A stretch of DNA of 64,000 bases from Candidatus Woesearchaeota archaeon (lineage in GTDB: Archaea; Nanobdellota; Nanobdellia; Woesearchaeales; B72-G16). The stretch spans positions 15,103 through 79,102 of the forward strand of contig QMQO01000003.1 of assembly GCA_003650545.1 (NCBI GenBank), read 5' to 3'. Below are positions 54,014 through 63,943 of the stretch, piece by piece (the stretch's first letter is position 1; every line of letters starts with the position of its first letter). The notes under the pieces were generated by a model. It saw only the letters and a program-made list of their open reading frames with translations. It was not told the DNA's origin and did not search any database. A program made the translations under genes and the position numbers.

Positions 54014-56305
54014 ATGCCTGAAGAAGTCTATAGTTATGAAGTAGTGCACGAAGCAGAAGATAATACTCTAAGAATTAATGCAGAAAACATACCGAAAGTT
54101 CCTTCAATAGAAGACGACCCTATAACCATGGCCAAGACAGTTGAGATGCTCGCTGCAACAAAAGGAATCACTAAGATTGTCTTTTATCAAAAACGCGATT
54201 ATGAATATGATTACTATCAGACACAAATATTAACAGAGATAGCTAAGATATATAATTCTCTATTAAAACAAAGAGACGCGTTGAAGTACGATATGACATC
54301 CGGCATTTATGGTAGATATTATGATGCGCGTTATACAGAGCTGCAGTATATTATATACACCACGCTTAAATCTGATCCGATTGCAGCATATGTCAGGCTA
54401 AGAAGGTTACTTAGGCGGGAGGGTATAGAACTTCAGCGTAACATCGATCCTAGAATGGAGCCTGTAATCAAGAAGTTTATCTCTGTTGTAAAATATATTC
54501 TCGACATACTTGAGAAAACAAGGCTTATCACACTTGCAAAGCCATATTTAACAGGCTATACATTGGGCGATCGTAATATTTATAGAAGGATATTTGCACC
54601 AATCATCAGACCAGACTTTATGTATACGAAGTTACAAGCACAATATCCTGTTGACGCTACAGAGATAGATAATTTTACTATTGGCAGGGGTACAGAGGTT
54701 AGTGTGTTTAGGCTACATGACTCTGTACAAACTCTCTATCATATTACACCGCCAGAGTTTAAGCTAACCGAAGATGAATATGAGATTCTTGATTTAGCTA
54801 GAAATATCCTCTCCGAGCACAAACCTACAAGAGAAGAGTTTGTTGATCCATTAAGAATGAGAGAGGTCTTCCTTAATGTTGGTCGCGACTTAATAGAAGA
54901 ACTGGCCACCTATCATAATGTGAAATTAGGTCCAGAAAAGATTGAGATGCTTGCAGAGATCTTAATAAGGTATACAGTCGGCTTCGGCTTGATAGAAGTT
55001 ATTTTACAGGATTCTGATGTTCAAGACATCTCTATAAATTCGCCAGCAGGTAATGTGCCTATTTTTATTGTGCATGGAAAATATGATGACTGTGTCACTA
55101 ATATTTTACCAACGAGAACTGAAACAGATTCCTGGGCTGGTAAGCTTAGGATGATCTCTGGTAGACCATTAGACGAAGCTAATCCCATACTTGATACTGA
55201 GTTAACCTTGCCGAGTGCAAGGACGAGGGTTGCTGTTATCACAAGCCCCTTAGATCCAACAGGATTGGCTTTCTCTTTTAGGAGACATCGTGACAAGCCC
55301 TGGACACTTCCATTGTTCATACATTATAAGATGATTGATCATCTTGCAGCTGGTTTGATTAGTTTTCTGATAGACGGCACAAGAACAATACTAATTGCTG
55401 GAACAAGAAGCTCGGGAAAAACAAGTTTTATAGGTTCTATGCTAACAGAAATCATGAGACGTTATAGGATTATAACGATTGAAGACACACTAGAACTTCC
55501 TACCGACTCTTTGAGAAAACTTGGGTATAACATTCAGTCATTAAAAGTTGCAAGTGCTCTTGAAAGAGAAACAACTGAAGTGAGTGCAAGTGACGGCATC
55601 AGAAGCACATTGCGTTTAGGGGATTCTGCATTGATTGTTGGAGAGGTTCGTTCAAGAGAGGCTATTTCTTTGTATGAAGCAATGAGGGTTGGAGCTGCTG
55701 CTAATGTTGTGGCAGGAACTATTCATGCTGCAAATCCATATGGTGTATATGATCGTGTGGTTAATGATATCGGTGTTCCTAATACATCGTTTAAAGCAAC
55801 AGATATCATTATTGTGGCCAATCCAATCAAGAGTCCTGATGGATTGCATAAATGGCGCCGCATCACCCAGATAACTGAGGTGAGAAAACACTGGACAAAG
55901 GATCCATTAGTAGAGAAAGGTTTTGTAGATCTGATGAGGTATGATGCTAAGAAGGATAGACTTGTGCCGACAGACGAGTTCATAAATGGCGACAGTGATG
56001 TATTGAAGGCGATAGCAGGAAATATTAAAGAATTTGCAGGAAACTGGGATGCTGTTTGGGATAATATTGAATTACGTGCTAAAATAAAAAAACGTTTAGT
56101 GGAAGTCGCTGAAAAGAATAATGATTTAGATATGTTAGAAGCTGATTTTGTTATTCTGGCAAATGATATGTACCATCTTTATGCTGAAGAAGTCAAGGAA
56201 AGGACTGGAAAACTTAAGTCTCAGCAGATCTTTCTTAAGTGGGACAACTGGTTAAAGAAAGCAGTAAGACAAAGAAAGATGAAAAAGGAAGGAGAGAGAG
56301 AATAA
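54014..56305 (+). CDS. type IV pilus/archaellum-type secretion ATPase (FlaI/PilB/VirB11 superfamily) with long N-terminal extension
   Basis: It has Walker A (LIAGTRSSGKTSFI), Walker B/Asp box (ALIVGEVRSREA) and a His box region (GTIHA). 763 aa. An AAGGGGTG SD is present. Confidence 0.85.
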   Translation: MPEEVYSYEVVHEAEDNTLRINAENIPKVPSIEDDPITMAKTVEMLAATKGITKIVFYQKRDYEYDYYQTQILTEIAKIYNSLLKQRDALKYDMTSGIYGRYYDARYTELQYIIYTTLKSDPIAAYVRLRRLLRREGIELQRNIDPRMEPVIKKFISVVKYILDILEKTRLITLAKPYLTGYTLGDRNIYRRIFAPIIRPDFMYTKLQAQYPVDATEIDNFTIGRGTEVSVFRLHDSVQTLYHITPPEFKLTEDEYEILDLARNILSEHKPTREEFVDPLRMREVFLNVGRDLIEELATYHNVKLGPEKIEMLAEILIRYTVGFGLIEVILQDSDVQDISINSPAGNVPIFIVHGKYDDCVTNILPTRTETDSWAGKLRMISGRPLDEANPILDTELTLPSARTRVAVITSPLDPTGLAFSFRRHRDKPWTLPLFIHYKMIDHLAAGLISFLIDGTRTILIAGTRSSGKTSFIGSMLTEIMRRYRIITIEDTLELPTDSLRKLGYNIQSLKVASALERETTEVSASDGIRSTLRLGDSALIVGEVRSREAISLYEAMRVGAAANVVAGTIHAANPYGVYDRVVNDIGVPNTSFKATDIIIVANPIKSPDGLHKWRRITQITEVRKHWTKDPLVEKGFVDLMRYDAKKDRLVPTDEFINGDSDVLKAIAGNIKEFAGNWDAVWDNIELRAKIKKRLVEVAEKNNDLDMLEADFVILANDMYHLYAEEVKERTGKLKSQQIFLKWDNWLKKAVRQRKMKKEGERE

Positions 56306-56506
56306 GTTACTTACAGATCAGTATTACGCCAAATTGACTCTCCTGTTTTGCCAATTTTAACTTCATTTTAACTTTTTAAAAACATTTATAAATCTCTGCC
56401 CGATTCTAGTCTCTGAAGAGAGGTGAACTTTGAATGTATTGCGCGATACATCAATACAACTATATTCTAGTTTCTCCTCTCTTTTTTTTGATTTGAAAAT
56501 ATAAAA

Positions 56507-58681
56507 ATGGCTATACCAAAAGAAGAAGTACAAAAAATAATGAGAAAGTATACGCAACAGCTAGACAAAAATCTTGGAACTGCTTCGCCTGTTGAACCAA
56601 TTTATTCTAGACATTATCAAGAATTCCGTGAAGAGTATCAGCCACCACATCTAAATTTGTACGAGAAAGCTTGTAAGATTGCATACAATATCCTAAAGAT
56701 ACGCCCAGACCAAAAATCAGCACAAAAGATACAACAGGATATTGAAATGGCACACCTTAATATTACTCCGGGTGGTGTTTTAAGCTTGGCTATTTTTGCT
56801 CCACTGATCGTCTTTATTGTTGGTGCACTTTTATCATTTCTTGTAGTTAGCTTGATTGGTGCAGGTTCGCCTATGTTCTTCATCCTATTTTTTCTAATTA
56901 TAGCCGCTGCAGTTTTTATGGTATTTAATAGATTACCTAGTTTCCTTGCAGTAAATTACAGGCTGAAGGCTAGCAATCAGATGGTGCAATCTGTGTTCTA
57001 TGTTGTAACTTTTATGAGGCACACCTCTAATCTTGAAAGAGCGATAAACTTTGCCGCAGATCATGTAACACCACCACTTGCACTTGATCTGAAAAAAGTG
57101 TTGTGGGATGTTGAAACAGGGAAGTTTGACACAGTTATACATAGCTTAGAAGCATACCTTGAAACATGGAAAACTTATAATAAAGAATTTGTTGAAGCAT
57201 TTCATTTGATAGAGTCTTCTTTATACGTTCCTTCTGAAGCCAGAAGACTTGAAGCATTAGATAAAGCACTTAATGTTATTCTTGATGGCACCTATGAGAA
57301 AATGTTGCATTACGCACAAAATCTTAAATCCCCAATTACTACATTGTTTATGATGGGCGTTATCTTGCCTGTTCTTGGTTTAGTGATTTTGCCACTGATA
57401 ACAACGTTTATGTCAAAACCACCTAATGGTACAAACCCTTACATACTTGCAGTTTATATTGGTGCATTGTATGTTATAGCTCTGCCTGCAGTGGTATACT
57501 TTCTAGGAAAAAAGATACTAGCTAGTAGGCCAACTGGTTATGGTGCGGTTGATGTAACCGATATTAACCCAAAACTGAAAAAATATAAAAAAGTAATGTT
57601 TAATGTTGGCAACAAAACATATTATATAAACCCTGCGATTATAGCGATAGTAACTGGCTGCTTGATGTTTATTCTTGGATTGTCGCCTGTTATTTTACAT
57701 GCTGTAGGTTTTGGTGGCCCTGACGAAGTGCCATTTATGGGGGTACACAAATTTTTTGATTATAAAGAGTGGAGTGCAGGAACATTCATCGGCCCTTATG
57801 GGCTTGGCGCAACTCTTATTAGTATGATATTCCCATTAGCCCTTGGGCTCTCAGCAGGATTGTACTATCATCTAATTTCTAAAAATGTGATTAAGATTAG
57901 AAAACGCTCTAAAGAGCTCGAAGCAGAGTTTGCATCTGCTTTATTCCAACTGGGAAATAGGCTAGCTGACGGGGTCCCTGCAGAGCTTGCTTTCCAGGAT
58001 GTTTCAAAAAGCATGACAGGAACAGTTTCGGCAAAATTTTTTAATATCGCTGTGAATAATATGCGTAACCTCGGCATGGGTATTGAGGAGTCTTTGTTTG
58101 ATGAGAAGATAGGAGCTATCAAATATTTTCCTTCAAGTCAAATTATTAGTGCAATGAAAGTTCTTGTTGAAAGTGCAAAAAGAGGTCCTTTGGTTGCTTC
58201 TAAAGCAATGATTAATATTTCAAAGTATATCAAACAGATGCATAAGGTTAATGAACGACTTAAAGATTTACTTGCTGAAGTGCTTTCGTCAATGAAATCG
58301 CAGATAAGATTTATGACACCAATAATTGCAGGTATTGTTGTAGGTATAACGTCCATGATCACAACCATTGTAGGACAATTAACATCAGGTAAATTTTCAG
58401 AAGCATTGGGGGAGCAGGCTGCTATTGCAAATCTACTCGGCTTTGGTGTACCTTCCTACTTCTTTGTGTTGATTGTTGGCGCGTATGTTGTACTGTTGAT
58501 TTATATCCTAACTGTCATAGTGAATGGTATTGAAAATGGTGCAGATGTGATGAATGAGAGATATTTATTAAGTAAAAACATGGTTAGAGCGACATTGATG
58601 TTTGTGTTAATCACGTCAATTGTTACATTGGCATTTAATTTCATCGCAGGCAATATATTAGCTAGTTTGGGTGTTTCTTAA
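56507..58681 (+). CDS. FlaJ/TadC-like polytopic platform protein (T2SS-F-like)
   Basis: 724 aa, alternating cytoplasmic helical domains and TM clusters, immediately downstream of the ATPase. This is the canonical archaeal ATPase-platform gene pair. Confidence 0.7.
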   Translation: MAIPKEEVQKIMRKYTQQLDKNLGTASPVEPIYSRHYQEFREEYQPPHLNLYEKACKIAYNILKIRPDQKSAQKIQQDIEMAHLNITPGGVLSLAIFAPLIVFIVGALLSFLVVSLIGAGSPMFFILFFLIIAAAVFMVFNRLPSFLAVNYRLKASNQMVQSVFYVVTFMRHTSNLERAINFAADHVTPPLALDLKKVLWDVETGKFDTVIHSLEAYLETWKTYNKEFVEAFHLIESSLYVPSEARRLEALDKALNVILDGTYEKMLHYAQNLKSPITTLFMMGVILPVLGLVILPLITTFMSKPPNGTNPYILAVYIGALYVIALPAVVYFLGKKILASRPTGYGAVDVTDINPKLKKYKKVMFNVGNKTYYINPAIIAIVTGCLMFILGLSPVILHAVGFGGPDEVPFMGVHKFFDYKEWSAGTFIGPYGLGATLISMIFPLALGLSAGLYYHLISKNVIKIRKRSKELEAEFASALFQLGNRLADGVPAELAFQDVSKSMTGTVSAKFFNIAVNNMRNLGMGIEESLFDEKIGAIKYFPSSQIISAMKVLVESAKRGPLVASKAMINISKYIKQMHKVNERLKDLLAEVLSSMKSQIRFMTPIIAGIVVGITSMITTIVGQLTSGKFSEALGEQAAIANLLGFGVPSYFFVLIVGAYVVLLIYILTVIVNGIENGADVMNERYLLSKNMVRATLMFVLITSIVTLAFNFIAGNILASLGVS

Positions 58682-58875
58682 TTCTAGGAAGCAGGAACAG
58701 TAAATAAACTTAAATAGAAAGTAGATGAGTGTAGATGAGTCTATTGTAAAAACTATATAAAATCTGTAACATTGAGGTGAAATTTTCAAGCTGATGTGAA
58801 ATGTTTTGGTTTTACTCATCTAGTTGAGATGTAAACGAAATGTTTAAAAATGAGTTCTAAATTTGGTTGATATAT

Positions 58876-59082
58876 GGGAACGTAGCTCAGCCTGGGAGAG
58901 CACTAGACTGAAGATACCAGACTGACTGGAAAAGATCTGATGAGGCTTAGCCAATGATTATCAGAGATCTAGGTGAATGGTGCAACAAAAGTGCATCGTG
59001 GTGCATCGTCCTGAATCCGGGGTTCAAACTGGCAGAAGCTGTTGAAAGTCAAGCTTCTTTCACGAAAATCCCCGCGTTCCCA
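58876..59082 (+). tRNA. tRNA-Phe (anticodon GAA) with three intervening sequences
   Basis: Exon segments read by eye. First: GGGAACG-UA-GCUC-AGCCUGGGA-GAGC-A-CUAGA-CUGAAG (58876-58913). Second: AUCUAG (58967-58972). Third: about 5 nt of variable loop somewhere within 58973-59017. Fourth: CGGGG-UUCAAA (59018-59028). Fifth: U-CCCCG-CGUUCCC-A (59069-59082). The acceptor (7 bp), D, anticodon (5 bp) and T (5 bp, G53-C61) stems all pair perfectly. No CCA is encoded. Confidence 0.85.
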
Positions 59083-59147
59083 TTCATAAATTTTGTTGAA
59101 TCCCGTCAAAAAATTCAGAAATAATCAAACTGATAAAATTTAATTTA

Positions 59148-59606
59148 TCATTCTTCCTCTAGCTTAACATCCTCTTCATTGACTTCAGGTTCTTCTTCTA
59201 ATCCCAGCTCCTCTTTCTTGGTTGGTATTGTTGGGCCAACATCTTCCTCTGTCTTTCCATTTAAAAGATCTGATTCTAGTCTTTCGTCCCCTGTAAGGAT
59301 TTGCTCACCTTCATCTGTTTTGCCAATAACTTCCATGCTTCCATACTTCCCTGCTGATAATTGCATCTCTCCTTGAAACTCTGAGACATAACCATTCTTA
59401 ATGTGAATTGTATCACCCACATTAACTCTATCAATATCTTCATTCCACAAGGTCAGCTTAATCTCGCCTGTTTGGTCCTTGATTTTAGCATTACAAACGC
59501 GGCCTTTTTGACCGAATTTCTCAAACTCTCGCACTTCTCCTTTCTCAATAACCTCAGCTATGAGGTCAACTTTGCCTTGTTTTGGATATAGGTCTTTGAT
59601 TGCCAT
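59148..59606 (-). CDS. OB-fold single-stranded DNA-binding protein (SSB/RPA-like) with acidic C-terminal tail
   Basis: GKVDLIAEVIEKGEVREFEKFGQKGRVCNAKIKDQTGEIKLTLWNEDIDRVNVGDTIHIKNGYV is a typical archaeal OB fold. The C-terminus is Glu-rich. Confidence 0.7.
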   Translation of the reverse strand: MAIKDLYPKQGKVDLIAEVIEKGEVREFEKFGQKGRVCNAKIKDQTGEIKLTLWNEDIDRVNVGDTIHIKNGYVSEFQGEMQLSAGKYGSMEVIGKTDEGEQILTGDERLESDLLNGKTEEDVGPTIPTKKEELGLEEEPEVNEEDVKLEEE

Positions 59607-59863
59607 AGTAACTGTATAGAAAAAATTTCTATTATTTAAATGTATGTTAAAATAATTGGTTAAAAAAATTAAAATATTAAAAAAAGGTTGTTAAGATTAA
59701 TTTTAAGCTCGTATAGATTCGTATAGATTTCGGATAAGAATTTCATATTTCTATAGTGTACCAAACAAAGACAAAGTTAGAATTTTATCTTTAAATATTA
59801 CAATAAGCGCTCTTAGGTATGATAAAATATTTTTTATTGTAAATAATTAAAATTATTTAATAA

Positions 59864-61384
59864 TCAATTTATATACTTACCAAAATCTGAAAGTTTTGAC
59901 CCTTCAAATAACTTAGTTAGAATTGACTTTAACTCTTCAACTTTAATTCTTATCTGTTTTTCATCGTCTCTATTTCTAATGGTGACTGTTTTATCTTCTA
60001 ATGTCTGGAAGTCAACAGTGATACAAAAAGGTGTACCTGCTTCATCATTTCTTAGATACCTTCTACCAATTGCTCCTGATTTATCATAGACAGCTGTGAA
60101 ATCTTTCAATAATTCGCGATGGATCTGTTGTGCAATCTCGGGCAGCTTTTCCTTGTTTACTAATGGAAAAACTGCTACTTTTATTGGAGCCAATTTGTAA
60201 GGAACTTTGAACATTGTTTTTCCTTCACCTTTTACCCTTTTTTCATAAAATAGATCCAATAAAGCGAATGTAGGTCTATCTGTACCAAAGGCAATCTCTA
60301 AGATGTGAGGAATCTGTTTATTGTTTTTATAATCCCTTGCAACTAGCTCTTTTCCACTAAACTTGCTATGCTGCTTTAGATCATAGTTTGATCTGTCATG
60401 AACACCGCAACACTCTGTCCAGCCGAATGTATTAAGCTGAATTTCAAGATCCCAAGCATCTTCTACATAGAATGCTTTTTCATCATCTTGATGTTGTCTA
60501 AAGCGCATTTTTTCTTTTGGTATGCCAATGTTTAGAAAAAGGTCGTATGCAATGTACAATGTCCATGCAAAGGCTCTATTAGTAAGCCAACCTTTGAGGA
60601 TCGCATCTTCTATCTTGATGAAGGCGGGTTGTTTTTTTTCTTTTTGCATTGAAGAACTCCATATCGGAAGTTCTCTATCTTTAACATCATTATATGGTTC
60701 GAATTCATTTTTTTGGTCTTCGAAAATGAATAGTTGCGCTTCTGCCTGGGTAAACTCGCGCATTCTCAATACATGCTGTCTTGGGCTTATCTCATTCCTG
60801 AAAGCCTTACCAATTTGAAAGATGCCAAATGGAAGTTTGTCACGAAAAAAATCAACATACCTTGTAAATGGTAGGTATGTTGTTGTTGCTGTTTCAGGTC
60901 TGTTGTAAGCTTCAATGTCAACCCCAACGGTGGTGCGCATCATCAGACTGTGCTGTTTTATCTCTTCCCTGAGTTTTCCACTACATGTTGGACATTTTAT
61001 TTTATGAGCTTTTATTATTTTTAGTAATTCTTTGTTTTTCAACCCAGATATAGTTTGTTCTGGCAAGAATTCTTCTATTAATGTATCAACTCTAAAAATT
61101 GATTTGCACTTCTCGCATTCTATCATAGGATCTGTAAAACCCGTAAGATGACCGCTGGCTTCCCAAACACGAGCTGGCATCACTGTTGGACATTCTACTT
61201 CGTACATCTCATATTTCTGGAATGTCTTTCTTATTGCTTCCTCAACATTGTTTTTTAGAAGTTTGCCTAGGGGAGCAAAAGTGTAAAATCCTGCAAGACC
61301 ACCATAGATCTCTGGGCTTGGTCCCCAGATAAAACCCTTCGATTGCATAAACGCTATTAGCTCTTTTAATGCTTCTTTTTCCAT
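59864..61384 (-). CDS. glyS: glycine--tRNA ligase (archaeal/eukaryotic type)
   Basis: GFIWGPSPEIYGGLAGFYTFAPLG, motif 2 FRNEISPRQHVLRMREFTQAE, and motif 3 region IEIAFGTDR are present. 506 aa. Confidence 0.9.
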   Translation of the reverse strand: MEKEALKELIAFMQSKGFIWGPSPEIYGGLAGFYTFAPLGKLLKNNVEEAIRKTFQKYEMYEVECPTVMPARVWEASGHLTGFTDPMIECEKCKSIFRVDTLIEEFLPEQTISGLKNKELLKIIKAHKIKCPTCSGKLREEIKQHSLMMRTTVGVDIEAYNRPETATTTYLPFTRYVDFFRDKLPFGIFQIGKAFRNEISPRQHVLRMREFTQAEAQLFIFEDQKNEFEPYNDVKDRELPIWSSSMQKEKKQPAFIKIEDAILKGWLTNRAFAWTLYIAYDLFLNIGIPKEKMRFRQHQDDEKAFYVEDAWDLEIQLNTFGWTECCGVHDRSNYDLKQHSKFSGKELVARDYKNNKQIPHILEIAFGTDRPTFALLDLFYEKRVKGEGKTMFKVPYKLAPIKVAVFPLVNKEKLPEIAQQIHRELLKDFTAVYDKSGAIGRRYLRNDEAGTPFCITVDFQTLEDKTVTIRNRDDEKQIRIKVEELKSILTKLFEGSKLSDFGKYIN

Positions 61385-61530
61385 AGATGTTTGTTGTTTT
61401 TGGGAGATTTATAAAGTTTATCCTAGTTCTAAGGAGTGACTTCAGATTCTTGCTGTATTTTTATCAAAAGACAGAATGATTATATTCCTTTATAACAATA
61501 TTTAAAAACTTCTAAAACATAAACTTAGAT

Positions 61531-62922
61531 ATGACACAAATAGCTAAATTCGGAGGGAGCTCGCTCTCAACATCAGAATATTTCATTAGAGTAACTAACA
61601 TAATTAAGGAATTTTATAATCCTGGAGATATAATCATTGTCTCTGCAGTTGGTGTCGAACCAGGTGATGATGGTGATAAAACAACGGATGAATTGATAAC
61701 CCTATCAGAATATTATTCGAATGAAAATTATGACAAAGAAAAAGAAATGTGGAATTACATCAAGAGAAAACATCTGGCGTTGGCAAAGAAACTTTCATTG
61801 AAAAAAACTATATTCAATAAGACGTTTAAGCTTGCAGAACAGATGCTGAATAAAAAGAATCGAAATAGGTCTGCAGACTATTATCACGATAGGTTTGCTC
61901 CGATAGGGGAGTGTCTATCTGCTGAGATTTTGGTGGCTATACTAAACAATGAAGAAAATACTAAAGCAGAAGTGATATATCCACACAAAATTGGATTTTT
62001 ACTAGAAGGTAAATTTAAGGATGGAAGATTCACCCAAGAAGGATTGGATAGCCTTGATGGAGCTACACAGGATGAAGTGATTTATGTTATGCCTGGTTAC
62101 TATGGTGTTAATGATGAAGGGGACTGGCTCACTATAGGAAGAGGAGGCTCTGATGCTAGCGCTGCTGCAGCAGGCATTGCTAAAAAAGCAAAACGTATAG
62201 ATATATGGACAGATGTTGATGGTGTTTATAGAGCAAATCCAAAATATTTTAATGACGAATATGTTAAAAGTCAGCTTAGGCTAGATAGACTTGCATATGA
62301 TGAAGCATTGCAAATTGCAGAGTTTGGTGCGACTGTTATACACCCAAAAGCCATTTCAACCATAATTGGCTCGGAGTATAAACCACCAGTTTATATTAGG
62401 AAAACAAATGAACCTCACGGAAAGTATACAATAATCTCGGACACAACGATTCTGACCCCTAATGGATATAAAGGAATTGTTGATTGTCGGCTCACAAGAA
62501 TAATCTTAGAAAATCCTTTAATGGTTGGGCAGTATGGTTTCGCTGCTGATTTTTTTTCATTATTCAAAAAACACAAAATTCCTATAAAATACATGAGTGA
62601 TTCAGAAATTGGTATAACTGTTGCATTCGACAGCGAGCATAACATAGAAAGATTATTAAGAGATTTGGATAGTTCAAATCTGGGTAGTGTAGAGGTTTCG
62701 ACTATCGGCTTGCTTGGTATATATGGAAGAGAGTTACGCGGCCAAGTTGGCATTGCTGCCGCTTGTGAATATGCTTTAGCTAATTCGCACATCAACATAG
62801 AAGATAAAACTCAGTCCAAAGAGAGGAGTATGAGATTTTTAATAGAGAGTGATAAGCGTCCTGAAGCAGTTAAGGCTGTTTATAAAGTATTAGAGGAAAG
62901 AGCAAAGCTAGTTAAATGTTAA
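61531..62922 (+). CDS. aspartate kinase-like amino-acid kinase with C-terminal ACT-like region
   Basis: IAKFGGSSL, GRGGSDASAAAAGIA and IWTDVDGVYRANP are aspartokinase signatures. An N-terminal insertion is present. 463 aa. Confidence 0.7.
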   Translation: MTQIAKFGGSSLSTSEYFIRVTNIIKEFYNPGDIIIVSAVGVEPGDDGDKTTDELITLSEYYSNENYDKEKEMWNYIKRKHLALAKKLSLKKTIFNKTFKLAEQMLNKKNRNRSADYYHDRFAPIGECLSAEILVAILNNEENTKAEVIYPHKIGFLLEGKFKDGRFTQEGLDSLDGATQDEVIYVMPGYYGVNDEGDWLTIGRGGSDASAAAAGIAKKAKRIDIWTDVDGVYRANPKYFNDEYVKSQLRLDRLAYDEALQIAEFGATVIHPKAISTIIGSEYKPPVYIRKTNEPHGKYTIISDTTILTPNGYKGIVDCRLTRIILENPLMVGQYGFAADFFSLFKKHKIPIKYMSDSEIGITVAFDSEHNIERLLRDLDSSNLGSVEVSTIGLLGIYGRELRGQVGIAAACEYALANSHINIEDKTQSKERSMRFLIESDKRPEAVKAVYKVLEERAKLVKC

Positions 62923-63943
62923 TCCCCTCTGGCAGGAAGGTATACTTATACTCTTGATAAGCGAATAATGCTTCATAGGATCTAATAGAGTTGCCGAAAT
63001 TAGTCCTTAACTCATTGATAAACTCATGAAACTCTTTTTGGTTACTTGTTATTATGTACATTAAAACATCCCATGCACCAAATGTTCTTGTGCACCACAA
63101 AACAGAATCATTACATTTCAGAAAAGACGATAACTTTCTTTCTTCTTCCTTTGTTAGGCAAACTGTCTTGATCAGCAAAGCCTGGATTGATAGATTTAAT
63201 GTGTAATAATCAATCACTGGTCGAAACTCAACAATATAACCATTTGTTATAAGCTTTTTTATTCTATATGTTATTGCATCTGGCGAAAGTTCAACCTTGT
63301 CTGCAATATTTTTAATCTTTATGTTTGCATTGTTTGCCAGCAACCTCATTATTTTTAAGTCTGTTCTATCAATCTTGTAATCATTTTTCTTCGGAGAGTT
63401 AAACTCTTTGTGAAAAGAAAAATCATTTTTGCCCAGAGTGGCTTTTGGTAACTTCTCTAAAAACTTGTTAGGTAATACAATCCCTTTTATCGTGTTGAGC
63501 AAGATCAGAATATGTTCATCTTGTATATTTATATCTTGTAGAAGCTCATTATAAATATCATAAAAATCCTCAGGTGTCTTTGTCATTATAGAAACTTCAA
63601 AGTCCCACTTCCCACTGTACTTGATCACTGCATTAACATTTTGGTTCTCTTTGAGTTTTCTTAGAAACCCTGGTTCATCTTTTGGATTGTGTAATGAAAT
63701 AAATACATGAAACGAAAAATGATTTAACTTTCGGATGTTGATCAGGGTTCTGGAGCCTACAATGACGTGTGCATCTGACAAGCGTTTTATTCTGTATTCG
63801 ACTGCTTCTCTTGATAACCCAACAAGGTTGCCTATCTTAGATAAAGGAATTCTAGCATTCTTACAAAGTGCTGCCAATATCTCCTTATCTTTTTTATCTA
63901 ATTTTATCCGTTTTGATTTACCTTCTTTTTCTAGAACTCTCAT
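62912..63943 (-). CDS. tandem-duplicated Lrp/AsnC-family transcriptional regulator
   Basis: Two HTH_AsnC units (DKKDKEILAALCKNARIPLSKIGNLVGLSREAVEYRIKRL and DRTDLKIMRLLANNANIKIKNIADKVELSPDAITYRIKKL) are each followed by a RAM-like domain. 343 aa. Confidence 0.75.
   Translation of the reverse strand: MRVLEKEGKSKRIKLDKKDKEILAALCKNARIPLSKIGNLVGLSREAVEYRIKRLSDAHVIVGSRTLINIRKLNHFSFHVFISLHNPKDEPGFLRKLKENQNVNAVIKYSGKWDFEVSIMTKTPEDFYDIYNELLQDINIQDEHILILLNTIKGIVLPNKFLEKLPKATLGKNDFSFHKEFNSPKKNDYKIDRTDLKIMRLLANNANIKIKNIADKVELSPDAITYRIKKLITNGYIVEFRPVIDYYTLNLSIQALLIKTVCLTKEEERKLSSFLKCNDSVLWCTRTFGAWDVLMYIITSNQKEFHEFINELRTNFGNSIRSYEALFAYQEYKYTFLPEGINI

Noticed and set aside
62912-62922. 11-bp convergent overlap of the aspartate kinase and Lrp/AsnC genes as a regulatory feature
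   Set aside because: Short 3' overlaps are common in compact genomes, and there is no additional signal.
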